From positions 17,340-81,339 of the forward strand of contig JAJFGY010000039.1 of assembly GCA_021775935.1 (NCBI GenBank): DNA of 64,000 bases, written 5' to 3'. The stretch comes from Alphaproteobacteria bacterium. GTDB taxonomy: Bacteria > Pseudomonadota > Alphaproteobacteria > Parvibaculales > Parvibaculaceae. The notes under the pieces are model-generated. The model had not been told where the DNA came from. It did not search any database and worked only from the letters and a program-made list of their open reading frames with translations. Of the stretch, positions 18,709 through 28,198 are shown piece by piece (the stretch's first letter is position 1; every line of letters starts with the position of its first letter). The translations under genes were made by a program, and so were the position numbers.

Positions 18709-20676
18709 ATTGTTCATAACCTCTGCAGGCTCCCAATCTCCTTCCTCCGAATTCTCGCTGCTCTCCTCTTTGGTCTCCTGTGGCTCGCGCCCACTGCTCA
18801 AGCTGAAACCTGTGATATCGAGCGCCCCATCATGTTTGGGGGTCTCGACTGGGACTCCGCCGCCTTTCACAATGAAGTGGCGCGGATCATCCTGGAAGAA
18901 GGCTATGGGTGTCAGACCGACGCCATTCCAGGCTCTACGCTGCCGCTCGTCACCGGCCTTGCTCGGGGCGATATTGATGTGCTCATGGAGGTCTGGCGGG
19001 ACAATCTGGTGGAACCCTGGACCGCTGCGTTAGAGCGTGGGGACGTGATTGATCTGGGCATCAATTTCCCCGACGCGGTGCAAGGCTGGTATGTGCCCCG
19101 CTATCTGATCGAAGGCGATGCGGCGCGCGGCATTGAAGCCGCAGCGCCCGATCTCAAGTCTGTCTACGACCTGCCCCGCTACGCCGCACTCTTCACCGAC
19201 CCGGAGGAGCCCACCAAGGGTCGCTTCTATAATTGTATTCTGGGTTGGCAGTGCGAGTTGCTCAACAATGCGAAGCTGCGCGCCTACGGGCTGGATGAAA
19301 CGTTCACGAATTTCCGGCCTGGCGCCGCGTCGTCCCTGGCCGCGGCGATCTCGTCCGCCTACACACGGGGCAAACCCATCGTCGCCTATCATTGGGGACC
19401 GACCTGGGTTCTTGGCACTTTTGATATGGTGATGCTGGAAGAGCCGCCCTATTCACGTGAAGCCTGGGAAGCGTTTAGCGACGATCCGGACAATGCGCCC
19501 CCCACCGCCTACCCCACGACTGAAGTCTCTATCGGCGTGAACACTAAGTTCGCAGCAACAGCACCGCAGGTTGTTGCCTTCCTGAAGCAATATAAAACCA
19601 CCGCGCTTATGGCGAGCGAGGCGCTGGCATTCCTGGAAGCCAATGAAGGCGCCACCACGCGGGATGCGGCACAGAATTTCCTTGAAACCCGCCCTGACGT
19701 GTGGCGGCAATGGGTTTCGCCGGAAATAGCAGCGCGCATCGTTGGTGATCGCAGGCAGGCTGAAAGCGCTTCCTTCCCCGCTGAGTGGCATTTCCCGATT
19801 GCCGCCTGGGTGAACACCTGGATTGAAGGGCTTGTCGCAAATTACGGAAACTTCTTTGAGGCGCTGGGCAATCAGGTGCTGAAACTCATACTGCTGATGG
19901 AAGACGGGCTGCAGGCCCTGCCCTGGTGGCTGGTCCTCATTTTGGCTGCCATCATTGGCTGGCACGCCACCGGTAGCCTCTGGGCACCTGTCGGGTTCAC
20001 CCTTGCTCTCTTCTCCGTCGGTGTGTTGGGGCTTTGGGACCTCGCCATGCAGACCCTCGCGCTCACCACCGTCTCTGTACTGCTGGCTCTCCTTATCGGC
20101 ATCCCAATTGGGGTCGTGCTTGCGAAGCTACCCCGTGTCAGGCGCTATTCTCTGCCTGTGTTGGACGCCATGCAGACCCTGCCAAGCTTTGTCTATCTCA
20201 TTCCCGCTCTTATGCTTTTTGGCCTTGGCAAAGTGCCCGCTGTTTTTGCAACGGTGATCTATGCCACGCCACCGCTCATTCGTCTGACGGATCTTGGCAT
20301 ACGTCTGGTCGCAGACGCGTTTACCGAAGTAGCAGCTGACCTTGGGGCAAACCGTTGGCGCCAACTCGTGGATATTGAAATGCCGCTGGCCCTGCCCAAC
20401 ATCATGGCCGGGATCAACCAGACGATCATGATGGCCCTCTCCATGGTGGTGATCGCCTCAATGATCGGGGCCCGGGGTCTTGGCGAACAAGTGCTGCTCG
20501 GCATCCAACGATTGGACGTGGGGCAAGGGCTGACAGCCGGTGTCGCGATCGTGGCACTTGCGATTGTCTTTGACCGGATCACCCAGGCCTATGGCAAGCG
20601 CGAGATTAGGCGCCCCGCGCTTCTTGGACCGTTGCGACGGTTGGTTGGCTACCTCAGACCGACAGAGAGCCGATGA
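18709..20676 (+). CDS. Fused glycine betaine/proline/histidine-type ABC substrate-binding protein plus ProW-like permease
   Basis: N-half has ProX/OpuAC-like motifs (DWDSAAFHN, QGWYVPRY, FYNCILGW); C-half has the ProW motif LDAMQTLPSFVYLIP. First ATG is 18832; the frame is open upstream with a signal peptide, so start 18709 is inferred. Confidence 0.85.
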   Translation: MVHNLCRLPISFLRILAALLFGLLWLAPTAQAETCDIERPIMFGGLDWDSAAFHNEVARIILEEGYGCQTDAIPGSTLPLVTGLARGDIDVLMEVWRDNLVEPWTAALERGDVIDLGINFPDAVQGWYVPRYLIEGDAARGIEAAAPDLKSVYDLPRYAALFTDPEEPTKGRFYNCILGWQCELLNNAKLRAYGLDETFTNFRPGAASSLAAAISSAYTRGKPIVAYHWGPTWVLGTFDMVMLEEPPYSREAWEAFSDDPDNAPPTAYPTTEVSIGVNTKFAATAPQVVAFLKQYKTTALMASEALAFLEANEGATTRDAAQNFLETRPDVWRQWVSPEIAARIVGDRRQAESASFPAEWHFPIAAWVNTWIEGLVANYGNFFEALGNQVLKLILLMEDGLQALPWWLVLILAAIIGWHATGSLWAPVGFTLALFSVGVLGLWDLAMQTLALTTVSVLLALLIGIPIGVVLAKLPRVRRYSLPVLDAMQTLPSFVYLIPALMLFGLGKVPAVFATVIYATPPLIRLTDLGIRLVADAFTEVAADLGANRWRQLVDIEMPLALPNIMAGINQTIMMALSMVVIASMIGARGLGEQVLLGIQRLDVGQGLTAGVAIVALAIVFDRITQAYGKREIRRPALLGPLRRLVGYLRPTESR

Positions 20677-21122
20677 AAACGTGCCTGGTGGAAGCTCCTT
20701 TCTCTGACGCCTTCATTGCCCAATTTGTCAACATCTCCGAACGGGTTTTCGGACAGAGTGCCGATCAAGCCTGGCTGGACGGGTTGCACTGGCGGCTTGA
20801 GAAAATGCCCGACGTTACCGTCTTCACCGCTGAGATAGATGGCGTGCTTATTGGTTACAAGGCGGGCTACGCGACGCACCCAAACCGCTATTACAGCTGG
20901 CTCGGCGGTGTCGATCCCGACCATCGCGGCCAAGGTATTGGCAGATTGCTGATGGATCAGCAGCACGCCTGGCTTCAATCCTCACGTTTCAAATCTGTTG
21001 AAACCCATGTCGCACAAGACAATGCCGCCATGGTTCAGCTGAACCTTAACAGTGGCCTCGCCATAACTGGCATGTTCTCCAAAGATGGCGAAGCAAACTT
21101 CATCATGAAGAAGAACGTCTGA
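20673..21122 (+). CDS. GNAT N-acetyltransferase
   Basis: WLGGVDPDHRGQGIG acetyl-CoA motif A; ATGA overlap with the upstream gene. Confidence 0.88.
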   Translation: MKTCLVEAPFSDAFIAQFVNISERVFGQSADQAWLDGLHWRLEKMPDVTVFTAEIDGVLIGYKAGYATHPNRYYSWLGGVDPDHRGQGIGRLLMDQQHAWLQSSRFKSVETHVAQDNAAMVQLNLNSGLAITGMFSKDGEANFIMKKNV

Positions 21123-21149
21123 GGGGTCGCGTTCATTACATGCGCGCCC

Positions 21150-22022
21150 TCAGGGCTCACTGCCTTCAACCAAAGGCAGCGTCGCGTCACTTGCCCACTC
21201 TCCCATTGAGCCATCATAGACGGCCACATTTTCCTTGCCGACTAACAGACATGAGAATGCATCGATCGTTGCAGAGATTCCTCCACCGCAATAAGCGATG
21301 ATTGGCCGATCATCCAACATCCCTGCTTCGGTCAGAGATTTATTGATTTCTGCTGGTGATCGGAATTTTTCATCGTCCAACAATGTGTCGTAAAACAAGT
21401 TGATGCTGTTTGGAATGTGACCACGGCGACCATAATGATGATTGCCAGTCCCCGCGTAGACTTCAGGCGAGAGCGCATTGACGGTGCAGACCCCGGCATT
21501 GTCCACGGCAGCAATAACTTCTTCTTTGTCGACAAAACGCTGTGTCGGAGCGACCGACGTCCATTGGGTTGCCGCGTAGCTGGCAGGTTCCGTCGCACAC
21601 TCGAACCCGGCATCTCTCCAGGCCTTCAGGCCACCATTGAGAATGGCCACCTGTTTGTGGCCACAATGATGCAACAACATCCACGCACGGGTTGACCACA
21701 TGGTCATGCTGCTTGAGTAGAAGACAACATCGCTGTCCCCATCTACACCAGCATCTGCAAAGGCCCGAATGAGCTCATCATCTGAAAGTCGCGTAAAGCC
21801 GACCGGGCTTTTTTTGTCCGACAACTGACCATATTGATTGAGGAACGCTGCGCCGGGGATATGTTCCTTATCGTACACCGCCTGGCCCGATGACGGGATC
21901 ATCCCGCCTTTTGGATTTGGTTTGAGATAAAAGGACACATCAAACAGCCGCAGATTCTCGTTGCCGAGTTTGTCGGCCAGTGCCTGCGCCGAGATCAGGT
22001 ATTCTGGATGTACGAAGTCCAT
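21150..22022 (-). CDS. Two-domain rhodanese / 3-mercaptopyruvate sulfurtransferase
   Basis: HIPGA, ILNGGLKAW, GHIPNS, YCGGGISAT, YDGSMGEW. Confidence 0.92.
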   Translation of the reverse strand: MDFVHPEYLISAQALADKLGNENLRLFDVSFYLKPNPKGGMIPSSGQAVYDKEHIPGAAFLNQYGQLSDKKSPVGFTRLSDDELIRAFADAGVDGDSDVVFYSSSMTMWSTRAWMLLHHCGHKQVAILNGGLKAWRDAGFECATEPASYAATQWTSVAPTQRFVDKEEVIAAVDNAGVCTVNALSPEVYAGTGNHHYGRRGHIPNSINLFYDTLLDDEKFRSPAEINKSLTEAGMLDDRPIIAYCGGGISATIDAFSCLLVGKENVAVYDGSMGEWASDATLPLVEGSEP

Positions 22023-22153
22023 GTTGTTCCTCCCAGTAGTTCCACGCCGCTGCCGCGATCAATTTTTTACATTGAAACACATTTAACTGTTCAGTTTTGT
22101 GAAATATGCGCAGCGCAAATGGTCTGCGCTAGACTGCGGACCGGTGATTGGCG

Positions 22154-22636
22154 CTAAACTTTTTTCTCCATATGCCAGGCCCGTGTGGGCATAGGACCAT
22201 GGTGCGTGCCGATTTCATCATCAAACGCGTAAGCGACTTTCCAGCCGTGTTTTTCGTAGAATATGCGGGCGCGATTGTTTCCCTCCCGACAATGCAGCCA
22301 GATGGTTTCATGCCCTTCCACTTTGAGAATCGCCTCGACCGTCGCAAGAAGTCGCGGTGCAACATGCTTGCCGAAATGGCTTGGTAAAACGAAAAGCTGG
22401 CCGATGCCATCGCCTTCCCAGCCTGAAAAGCCAATGACGGACCCGTACAGGTCGGCAACGATCATGCGCTCGAGGTTTGATCCTACGCGGGCTTCAAAGT
22501 ACGACAGGTCACGGCCGTTAGCAGCTTCCGGATCAAGATGGGCGTGCCCCGCATGCCAGCTCTCGTTCCAGACTTGTGCAAGTGCTGGAATATCACCCGG
22601 AGCGGCTTTACGAATATTGAGATCGTGGTCAGACAT
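22154..22636 (-). CDS. GNAT N-acetyltransferase
   Basis: LFVLPSHFGKHVA, NNRARIFYEKHGW. Confidence 0.85.
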   Translation of the reverse strand: MSDHDLNIRKAAPGDIPALAQVWNESWHAGHAHLDPEAANGRDLSYFEARVGSNLERMIVADLYGSVIGFSGWEGDGIGQLFVLPSHFGKHVAPRLLATVEAILKVEGHETIWLHCREGNNRARIFYEKHGWKVAYAFDDEIGTHHGPMPTRAWHMEKKV

Positions 22637-22650
22637 GGAAGTTTCCATAA

Positions 22651-22682
22651 GAAAAGGGAGCGGACCGAAACCCACTCCCTCT
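22651..22682 (-). terminator. Rho-independent terminator after the ACAD gene
   Basis: Minus strand: AGGGAGTGG-gtttcggt-CCGCTCCCT followed by TTTC. Confidence 0.7.
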
Positions 22683-22708
22683 AGATTTATCAGCAATCGA
22701 GGGTTGGG

Positions 22709-23917
22709 TTAGAGACCCAACACTGCTTTCGCCATGATGTTGCGCTGAACTTCGTTCGAACCCGCAAAGATAGATGTTTTGCGAACTGAGAAATAGTAGG
22801 GCGCGATGGTCTTTGCATATGACGGCCCGACATCTGGTTCGTTCGACTGGATCAGCGTGTCCTCAACATAAGGCTGCGCGTAGGAACCAACCGCTTCAAG
22901 GGCCAGTTCCGTACAGGCCTGCTGAAGCTCTGTGCCACGGCACTTCAGAAGCGAGCTTTCAGGCCCCACATTACCGCCGGTCGACAGTGCCGAGAAAATT
23001 CGAAGTTCCGTGAATTCCATGGCGCGAACCTGGTTTTCAATATCAGAGACCTTCGACTTGAACTCAGGCTGATCAATCAGCTTGCCACCGTCGACAACAG
23101 TATCAGCCGCAATTTTGCGGATGTTCTGCAGCGAGTGATAAAGACCCGGTGAATAGGCGTTACCGCGCTCAAACTCGAGCAGGTATTTGGCATAGGTCCA
23201 GCCTTTGTTTTCCTCGCCGATGCGGTTCTCAATCGGAATTTTCACATCGTCGAAGAAGACCTGGTTCACTTCCTGGTGGGGCGCTGGCGATCCATCAAGA
23301 CAGACGATGGGTTCAACTTTCACGCCGGGTGAGTCCATTGGCACCAACACGAAGGAGATGCCTTCCTGCCGCTTGCCCTCGTTAGACGTGCGCACCAGAC
23401 AGAAAATCCAATCTGCGTGCTGTGCAACTGACGTCCAGATCTTGGAGCCATTCAGCACATAATGATCGCCTTTGTTTTCAGCTTTCATCTGCAAGGAGGC
23501 AAGGTCTGATCCAGAACCAGGTTCTGAATAGCCCTGACACCACCACACATTGGTTTCCTGGATATCGGGCAGGAATTTCTGCTTCTGCTCTTCGGTGCCG
23601 AATTTCATGATAACAGGGGCCACCATGGTGATGCCGAAAGGAACTGTGTGCGGCACATGCGCGCCGCTCATTTCCACATCGAAGATGTATTTCTGTGTCG
23701 CATTGAAGCCTGGGCCGCCATGCTCTACTGGCCAGTTGGGGGTCGCCCACCCTTTTTTCGCAAGCGACTTCTGCCACTTAACATGCAGATGCTTGTCGAT
23801 ATAGCCGTTCTTCGACCGGGATACCTGATCACGAATATCATCGGTGTAGTGCTCGGCGATGAAGTCTTTCACTTCCTTGCGGAAGGCTTCGTCTTCTGGA
23901 CTAAAAGAGAGGTCCAT
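22709..23917 (-). CDS. Acyl-CoA dehydrogenase, PimC-like large subunit
   Basis: WCQGYSEPGSGSDLASL, GWTYAKYLLEFER, SIFAGSNEVQRNI. Confidence 0.92.
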   Translation of the reverse strand: MDLSFSPEDEAFRKEVKDFIAEHYTDDIRDQVSRSKNGYIDKHLHVKWQKSLAKKGWATPNWPVEHGGPGFNATQKYIFDVEMSGAHVPHTVPFGITMVAPVIMKFGTEEQKQKFLPDIQETNVWWCQGYSEPGSGSDLASLQMKAENKGDHYVLNGSKIWTSVAQHADWIFCLVRTSNEGKRQEGISFVLVPMDSPGVKVEPIVCLDGSPAPHQEVNQVFFDDVKIPIENRIGEENKGWTYAKYLLEFERGNAYSPGLYHSLQNIRKIAADTVVDGGKLIDQPEFKSKVSDIENQVRAMEFTELRIFSALSTGGNVGPESSLLKCRGTELQQACTELALEAVGSYAQPYVEDTLIQSNEPDVGPSYAKTIAPYYFSVRKTSIFAGSNEVQRNIMAKAVLGL

Positions 23918-23943
23918 AAATGTCTCCTACTGAACTCGACTGA

Positions 23944-24240
23944 TCAGTCGAGGATATCGAGATACTGAATGTCAGGCGCGCCTGCGAGAACGGCACCAAG
24001 AGCCGGACCGGCTGCCTTGAAATATTCTGTCTGTCCGTGCGCTTCGAGCGCAGCCTGGGACGCATATTTCTCCATGATGACGTAGGTCTGAGCATCTGCT
24101 TTCGACCGAGTCAGGTCATACTGGAGGTTGCCTTCCTCATTTGCCTGCACTTTGTCCCGCAATCCTTTGAAGGTTGCTTCGAAATCAGCTTCTTTGCCGG
24201 CTTGCACTTTCAATGTCGCAACAACGCCAATCACACCCAT
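23944..24240 (-). CDS. Antibiotic biosynthesis monooxygenase (putative quinol monooxygenase)
   Basis: 98 aa ABM pattern: EEGNLQYDL, EKYASQAALEAHGQTEYFK. Confidence 0.88.
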   Translation of the reverse strand: MGVIGVVATLKVQAGKEADFEATFKGLRDKVQANEEGNLQYDLTRSKADAQTYVIMEKYASQAALEAHGQTEYFKAAGPALGAVLAGAPDIQYLDILD

Positions 24241-24387
24241 GGAACTTCTCCCTGATTTATTTGGATTTTGAATTTGCCCGGACTTTAATGGGTGGCAGGC
24301 ATTTCAGCAATGAAAAGCCTCCACAAAGAGGGGCAAAAGGGCAGCACAAAAATGTTCAGCGCTGCCCGGTTTCCCTACGTATTTAGG

Positions 24388-25188
24388 TCATTTTCCCTTG
24401 TAGCTCGGCGGACGCTTCTCAAAGAAGGCGTCGAGGGCCTCCATATGGTCCTCTGTATGGTGGGCCAGCGCCTGCATGTTGGCCGACATTTCCATGACGG
24501 TGTCATAGGAATTCGTCATGCCTTCGCGCATCAAGCGTTTGGTCATGCGCAACACATTGGGGGATTGGCCACAGATGCGGTCGGCAAGTTCATTTGCCCG
24601 TGCCATCAGCTCATCATGGGGAACGACTTCCGAGACAAGGCCCCAGCTTTCGGCTTTCTCCGCCGTGATCACGTCCCCGGTGTAAAAGAGTTCGGAGGCG
24701 CGCGCCATGCCGATGATTTTGGGCAATAACCAGGCACCTCCATCGCCAGGAACCAGACCAATTTTGAGAAATGTCACACCGAACTTGGCCTTTTCAGAAG
24801 CAATGCGCGTGTCGCACATGCACGCGACGTCGTTTCCCAGACCAATGGCCGGGCCGTTCACCGCAGCGATCACTGGCACCTGCATGTTCCAGATGGCGCG
24901 GACAATGCGGTGTATGCCATTTCGATATCGATCAGCGATCTGAACACCCGGCCCCCCGAACCCCTGTCCGCCTTCACGCATAGCCTTTACATTGCCGCCC
25001 GCAGAGAAGGCAGAGCCCGCACCTGTGAGGATCACGCAGCGCACATCCATGTCCTCATTGATCCGTCTGGCGGCTTCGGTGAAGTTCTCGGCATCCTCAG
25101 CCTCGCCTAAAGGATTACGACTATCAGGTCGGTTTATGGTGAGCGTGACGGTATGGCCGTTCTTTTCAAAAATAAGTGGCTCTGACAT
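24388..25188 (-). CDS. Enoyl-CoA hydratase/isomerase (crotonase) family
   Basis: TINRPD, AFSAGGN, PVIAAVNGPAIG, GLVPGDGG. Confidence 0.93.
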   Translation of the reverse strand: MSEPLIFEKNGHTVTLTINRPDSRNPLGEAEDAENFTEAARRINEDMDVRCVILTGAGSAFSAGGNVKAMREGGQGFGGPGVQIADRYRNGIHRIVRAIWNMQVPVIAAVNGPAIGLGNDVACMCDTRIASEKAKFGVTFLKIGLVPGDGGAWLLPKIIGMARASELFYTGDVITAEKAESWGLVSEVVPHDELMARANELADRICGQSPNVLRMTKRLMREGMTNSYDTVMEMSANMQALAHHTEDHMEALDAFFEKRPPSYKGK

Positions 25189-25436
25189 GGACTTTTTTGT
25201 TCCCCGCGTTCGTTCCGCAGATATACGGAAATTATTGTTTTATTATATAGGCTTATGCCGATGCTGTCCCTAGATCAGCACGAAACCACAAGGGTTTTCC
25301 ACCGGTTTTCGGGGGCAGCAAACATTTTTTAACCACGTCATCCAAGCGGTTTTTAACACTTTTGGCAGAGGCTCCGCGGACTTAAAGACACCAACCGCAC
25401 TGTTGCGGTCTCATGCGCCGGGGGCCTCTGGGGACA

Positions 25437-26891
25437 ATGTTCAAATTTCTGAACTGGTGGGCTGGCCAATGGCCGGTCGACGAGCGCCCCAATGCTGTTC
25501 TCCAGCAACAGATGCGCCAACTCGCCGCGACACAAGCACAAAGCTTCAAACAGACGCTGCCCACGGTCTATGTCATCGCCCCGACTTTCCTGTTCTGGAT
25601 AGACTGGCAAATCATCCTCGGGTGGACGTTGCTGACAACATTTGCTCAGTGCATCAACACAGCCAACGCAAACCAATTTCTTGCACGCTTGAAACGCTCT
25701 CCGCTTTCGCAGCAGGAAAGCCAGCTCTGGGCGTTGCGCCTCGCGGGCTGCACTCTCCTCTACAGTGGGCTGTGGGCATCGTGCATTGTTCTCTTTTGGG
25801 CTGATGGCGTTCTGCTCAATAATTTCTATCTGCTTGCGCTTATCGCGATCTCTTTGGCACCCATTACCCTGCTGAATTCTGCTTTCCTGATAAATTTCTT
25901 CGGCGCCGCAGGTATAAGTTCGGTGTTCATGCTCGGCACACTGCTCAGCCACCCTGATCCCGTCTATTGGGCGATGGCGGCAGTCTATTGCATGTTCTTT
26001 GCGGCGATGGCAGGGCATGCTGTGCGCATCAATCGTGCTGCGCGCAGCATGATCGAAATGTCCATCGAAAAGACCCAACTCATTGACGCGCTTTCTGAGG
26101 CGAAAAAAACCTCAGACGCCGCCCGCGCCGCAGCAGAAGATGCAAGCCGTGCAAAGTCCCAATTTCTGGCCAATATGAGCCACGAATTGCGCACCCCCCT
26201 CAATGCAATCATCGGCTTTTCTGAGGTGATCAGCCGCGAAGTGTTCGGGCCGGTTGAGAACGCACAGTACCACCAATATTCCGGCGACATTCACGCCAGT
26301 GGTCAACACTTGCTTGCGCTGATCAACGACATTCTGGACCTGTCGAAGATTGAAGCTGGCCAATATTCCATCTTTGAAGAACATGTAGACCTGCCTCTGG
26401 TCGCCGACGACTGTCACAAGCTTTTGGAATTGCGCGCCGACGTAAATGACATCGCGATTGAGCGGCGGTTCACGCAGGCCATGCCATTGCTCCATGCCGA
26501 CAAGCGGGCGGTGAGACAGATTTGGCTCAACCTTCTGACAAACGCGGTGAAGTTCTCACCCGCCGGAAGCCGCATCCTTATGGTGGCAGAACATCAGGTC
26601 GATGGATCCTTCGTGATTGGTGTCCATGATGAAGGACCCGGCATTGCGCCTGACGAACTGGAACGCGTTCTCGAAACATTCGGTCAGGGAACGGAGGGCA
26701 TCGCTCGACCTGGCTCGGGAACCGGGCTTGGACTCAGCATCGTTAAGGGTCTTGCCGAAGCCCATGACGGCACCTTTGTCCTTGAGAGCCATGTGGGAGA
26801 AGGAACGCGGGCGCATGTGATTTTCCCCGCAGACCGTATTTCGCTGCCCGGCCGCCAAATTCCCGACCGGCTGTCGAAAGCCTATCCCTGA
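25437..26891 (+). CDS. Membrane sensor histidine kinase, PleC/DivJ-homologue family
   Basis: Multi-TM N-terminus; FLANMSHELRTPLNAIIGFSE H-box; NAVKF, DEGPGI, GTGLGL. Confidence 0.9.
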   Translation: MFKFLNWWAGQWPVDERPNAVLQQQMRQLAATQAQSFKQTLPTVYVIAPTFLFWIDWQIILGWTLLTTFAQCINTANANQFLARLKRSPLSQQESQLWALRLAGCTLLYSGLWASCIVLFWADGVLLNNFYLLALIAISLAPITLLNSAFLINFFGAAGISSVFMLGTLLSHPDPVYWAMAAVYCMFFAAMAGHAVRINRAARSMIEMSIEKTQLIDALSEAKKTSDAARAAAEDASRAKSQFLANMSHELRTPLNAIIGFSEVISREVFGPVENAQYHQYSGDIHASGQHLLALINDILDLSKIEAGQYSIFEEHVDLPLVADDCHKLLELRADVNDIAIERRFTQAMPLLHADKRAVRQIWLNLLTNAVKFSPAGSRILMVAEHQVDGSFVIGVHDEGPGIAPDELERVLETFGQGTEGIARPGSGTGLGLSIVKGLAEAHDGTFVLESHVGEGTRAHVIFPADRISLPGRQIPDRLSKAYP

Positions 26892-26910
26892 CATTCCAAG
26901 AGCGCCCACG

Positions 26911-26943
26911 AAAAAGCCGCGGAACTTTCGTCCCGCGGCTTTG
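26911..26943. terminator. Bidirectional terminator between convergent genes
   Basis: AAAAAGCCGCGG-loop-CCGCGGCTTT. Confidence 0.8.
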
Positions 26944-26966
26944 TCAGATTGACGTTCAGTCTCGCG

Positions 26967-28097
26967 TTATGCCGCGGCTGAATAGCGTGTCAGGTGGTGA
27001 TCAACATTGCCGAACTGAGTGTCGATCATTGTCAGACGCTTGAAGTAATGACCAACGTTCAGCTCATCAGTCATGCCCATGCCGCCGTGCAGCTGCACTG
27101 CCTGCTGTCCAACAAAACGCCCTGCTTTGCCGATCTGGACCTTCGCGCCAGAAGCTGCCTTGCGGCGCTCTTCTTCGCCTTCACCCAGCTTCAGGGTCAC
27201 CATGTAGGTCATGGACACTGACTGCTCATAGGCCATGAACATGTCGACCATGCGATGCTGCAGCACCTGGAACTTGCCGATAGGTACACCAAACTGCTTC
27301 CGGGTCTTACAATATTCGACCGTTGCGTCGTTCAGCTCTTTCATGCCGCCCGCCGCTTCTGCACTGAGTGCAGCAATTGCCTGATCCGTGACTTTTTCGA
27401 TGAGTGGCAATGCTTTGCCCACTTCGCCGATGACAGCGTCTGCGCCGACCTTCACATTTTCCAGCGTCACTTCAGAGGCCCGACGACCATCGACTGTTGG
27501 GTAATCGCGGGTGGAGACACCAGCGGCTGATTTATCAACGATGAAAAGCGATACGCCATCTGCGTCGCGCTGACCGCCAGAGGTCCGTGCGGAGATGATG
27601 AGTTTGTCCGCCCAAGGCGCACCAAGTACAACTGCCTTGTACCCGTTGATGACATAGCCGTCGCCATCAGCCTTTGCTGTGGTGACGAGATCAGCCAGAT
27701 TATAGCGGCCCTGCGGTTCGGCATATCCGAATGCCCAAACGTTTTCGCCGCCGACGATGCCAGGAATGTGTGCTTCCTGCTGCGCTGCAGTTCCAGCTTC
27801 ACGCAGGAAACCACCGCAGATCACGACTGTTTCCATGAAAGGCTCGATCACAAGATGACGACCAAACTCTTCCATCAGGATCATGGTGTCGATGGGGCCG
27901 CCACCAAGGCCACCCTGCTCTTCAGAAAATGGGGCTGCGAGAAGGCCAAGTTCTGCGAACTGACCCCAGATTTCTTTGCTCCAACCGTCAGCACTCGCTG
28001 AGATTTTACGGCGTGTGTCGAAGTCATATTTGTCCTGAAGGAAGCTTTGCACTGTGTTGCGCAGCAATGTTTGTTCTTCAGTAAATGAAAAGTCCAT
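26967..28097 (-). CDS. pimD: Acyl-CoA dehydrogenase small subunit, PimD-like
   Basis: RKQFGVPIGKFQVLQHRMVDM, QLHGGMGMTDE, DTQFGNVDHH; follows a PimC-like gene. Confidence 0.8.
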   Translation of the reverse strand: MDFSFTEEQTLLRNTVQSFLQDKYDFDTRRKISASADGWSKEIWGQFAELGLLAAPFSEEQGGLGGGPIDTMILMEEFGRHLVIEPFMETVVICGGFLREAGTAAQQEAHIPGIVGGENVWAFGYAEPQGRYNLADLVTTAKADGDGYVINGYKAVVLGAPWADKLIISARTSGGQRDADGVSLFIVDKSAAGVSTRDYPTVDGRRASEVTLENVKVGADAVIGEVGKALPLIEKVTDQAIAALSAEAAGGMKELNDATVEYCKTRKQFGVPIGKFQVLQHRMVDMFMAYEQSVSMTYMVTLKLGEGEEERRKAASGAKVQIGKAGRFVGQQAVQLHGGMGMTDELNVGHYFKRLTMIDTQFGNVDHHLTRYSAAA

Positions 28098-28198
28098 GAT
28101 GGTTCTTCCCTGCGGTAGTCGCTCTGCTGTGTTTTTTGAGGCACCGTCCGCCGATTGCTCAGCAGGCAGCGCCCTTTAATTGACTATTGGCTTATGTG

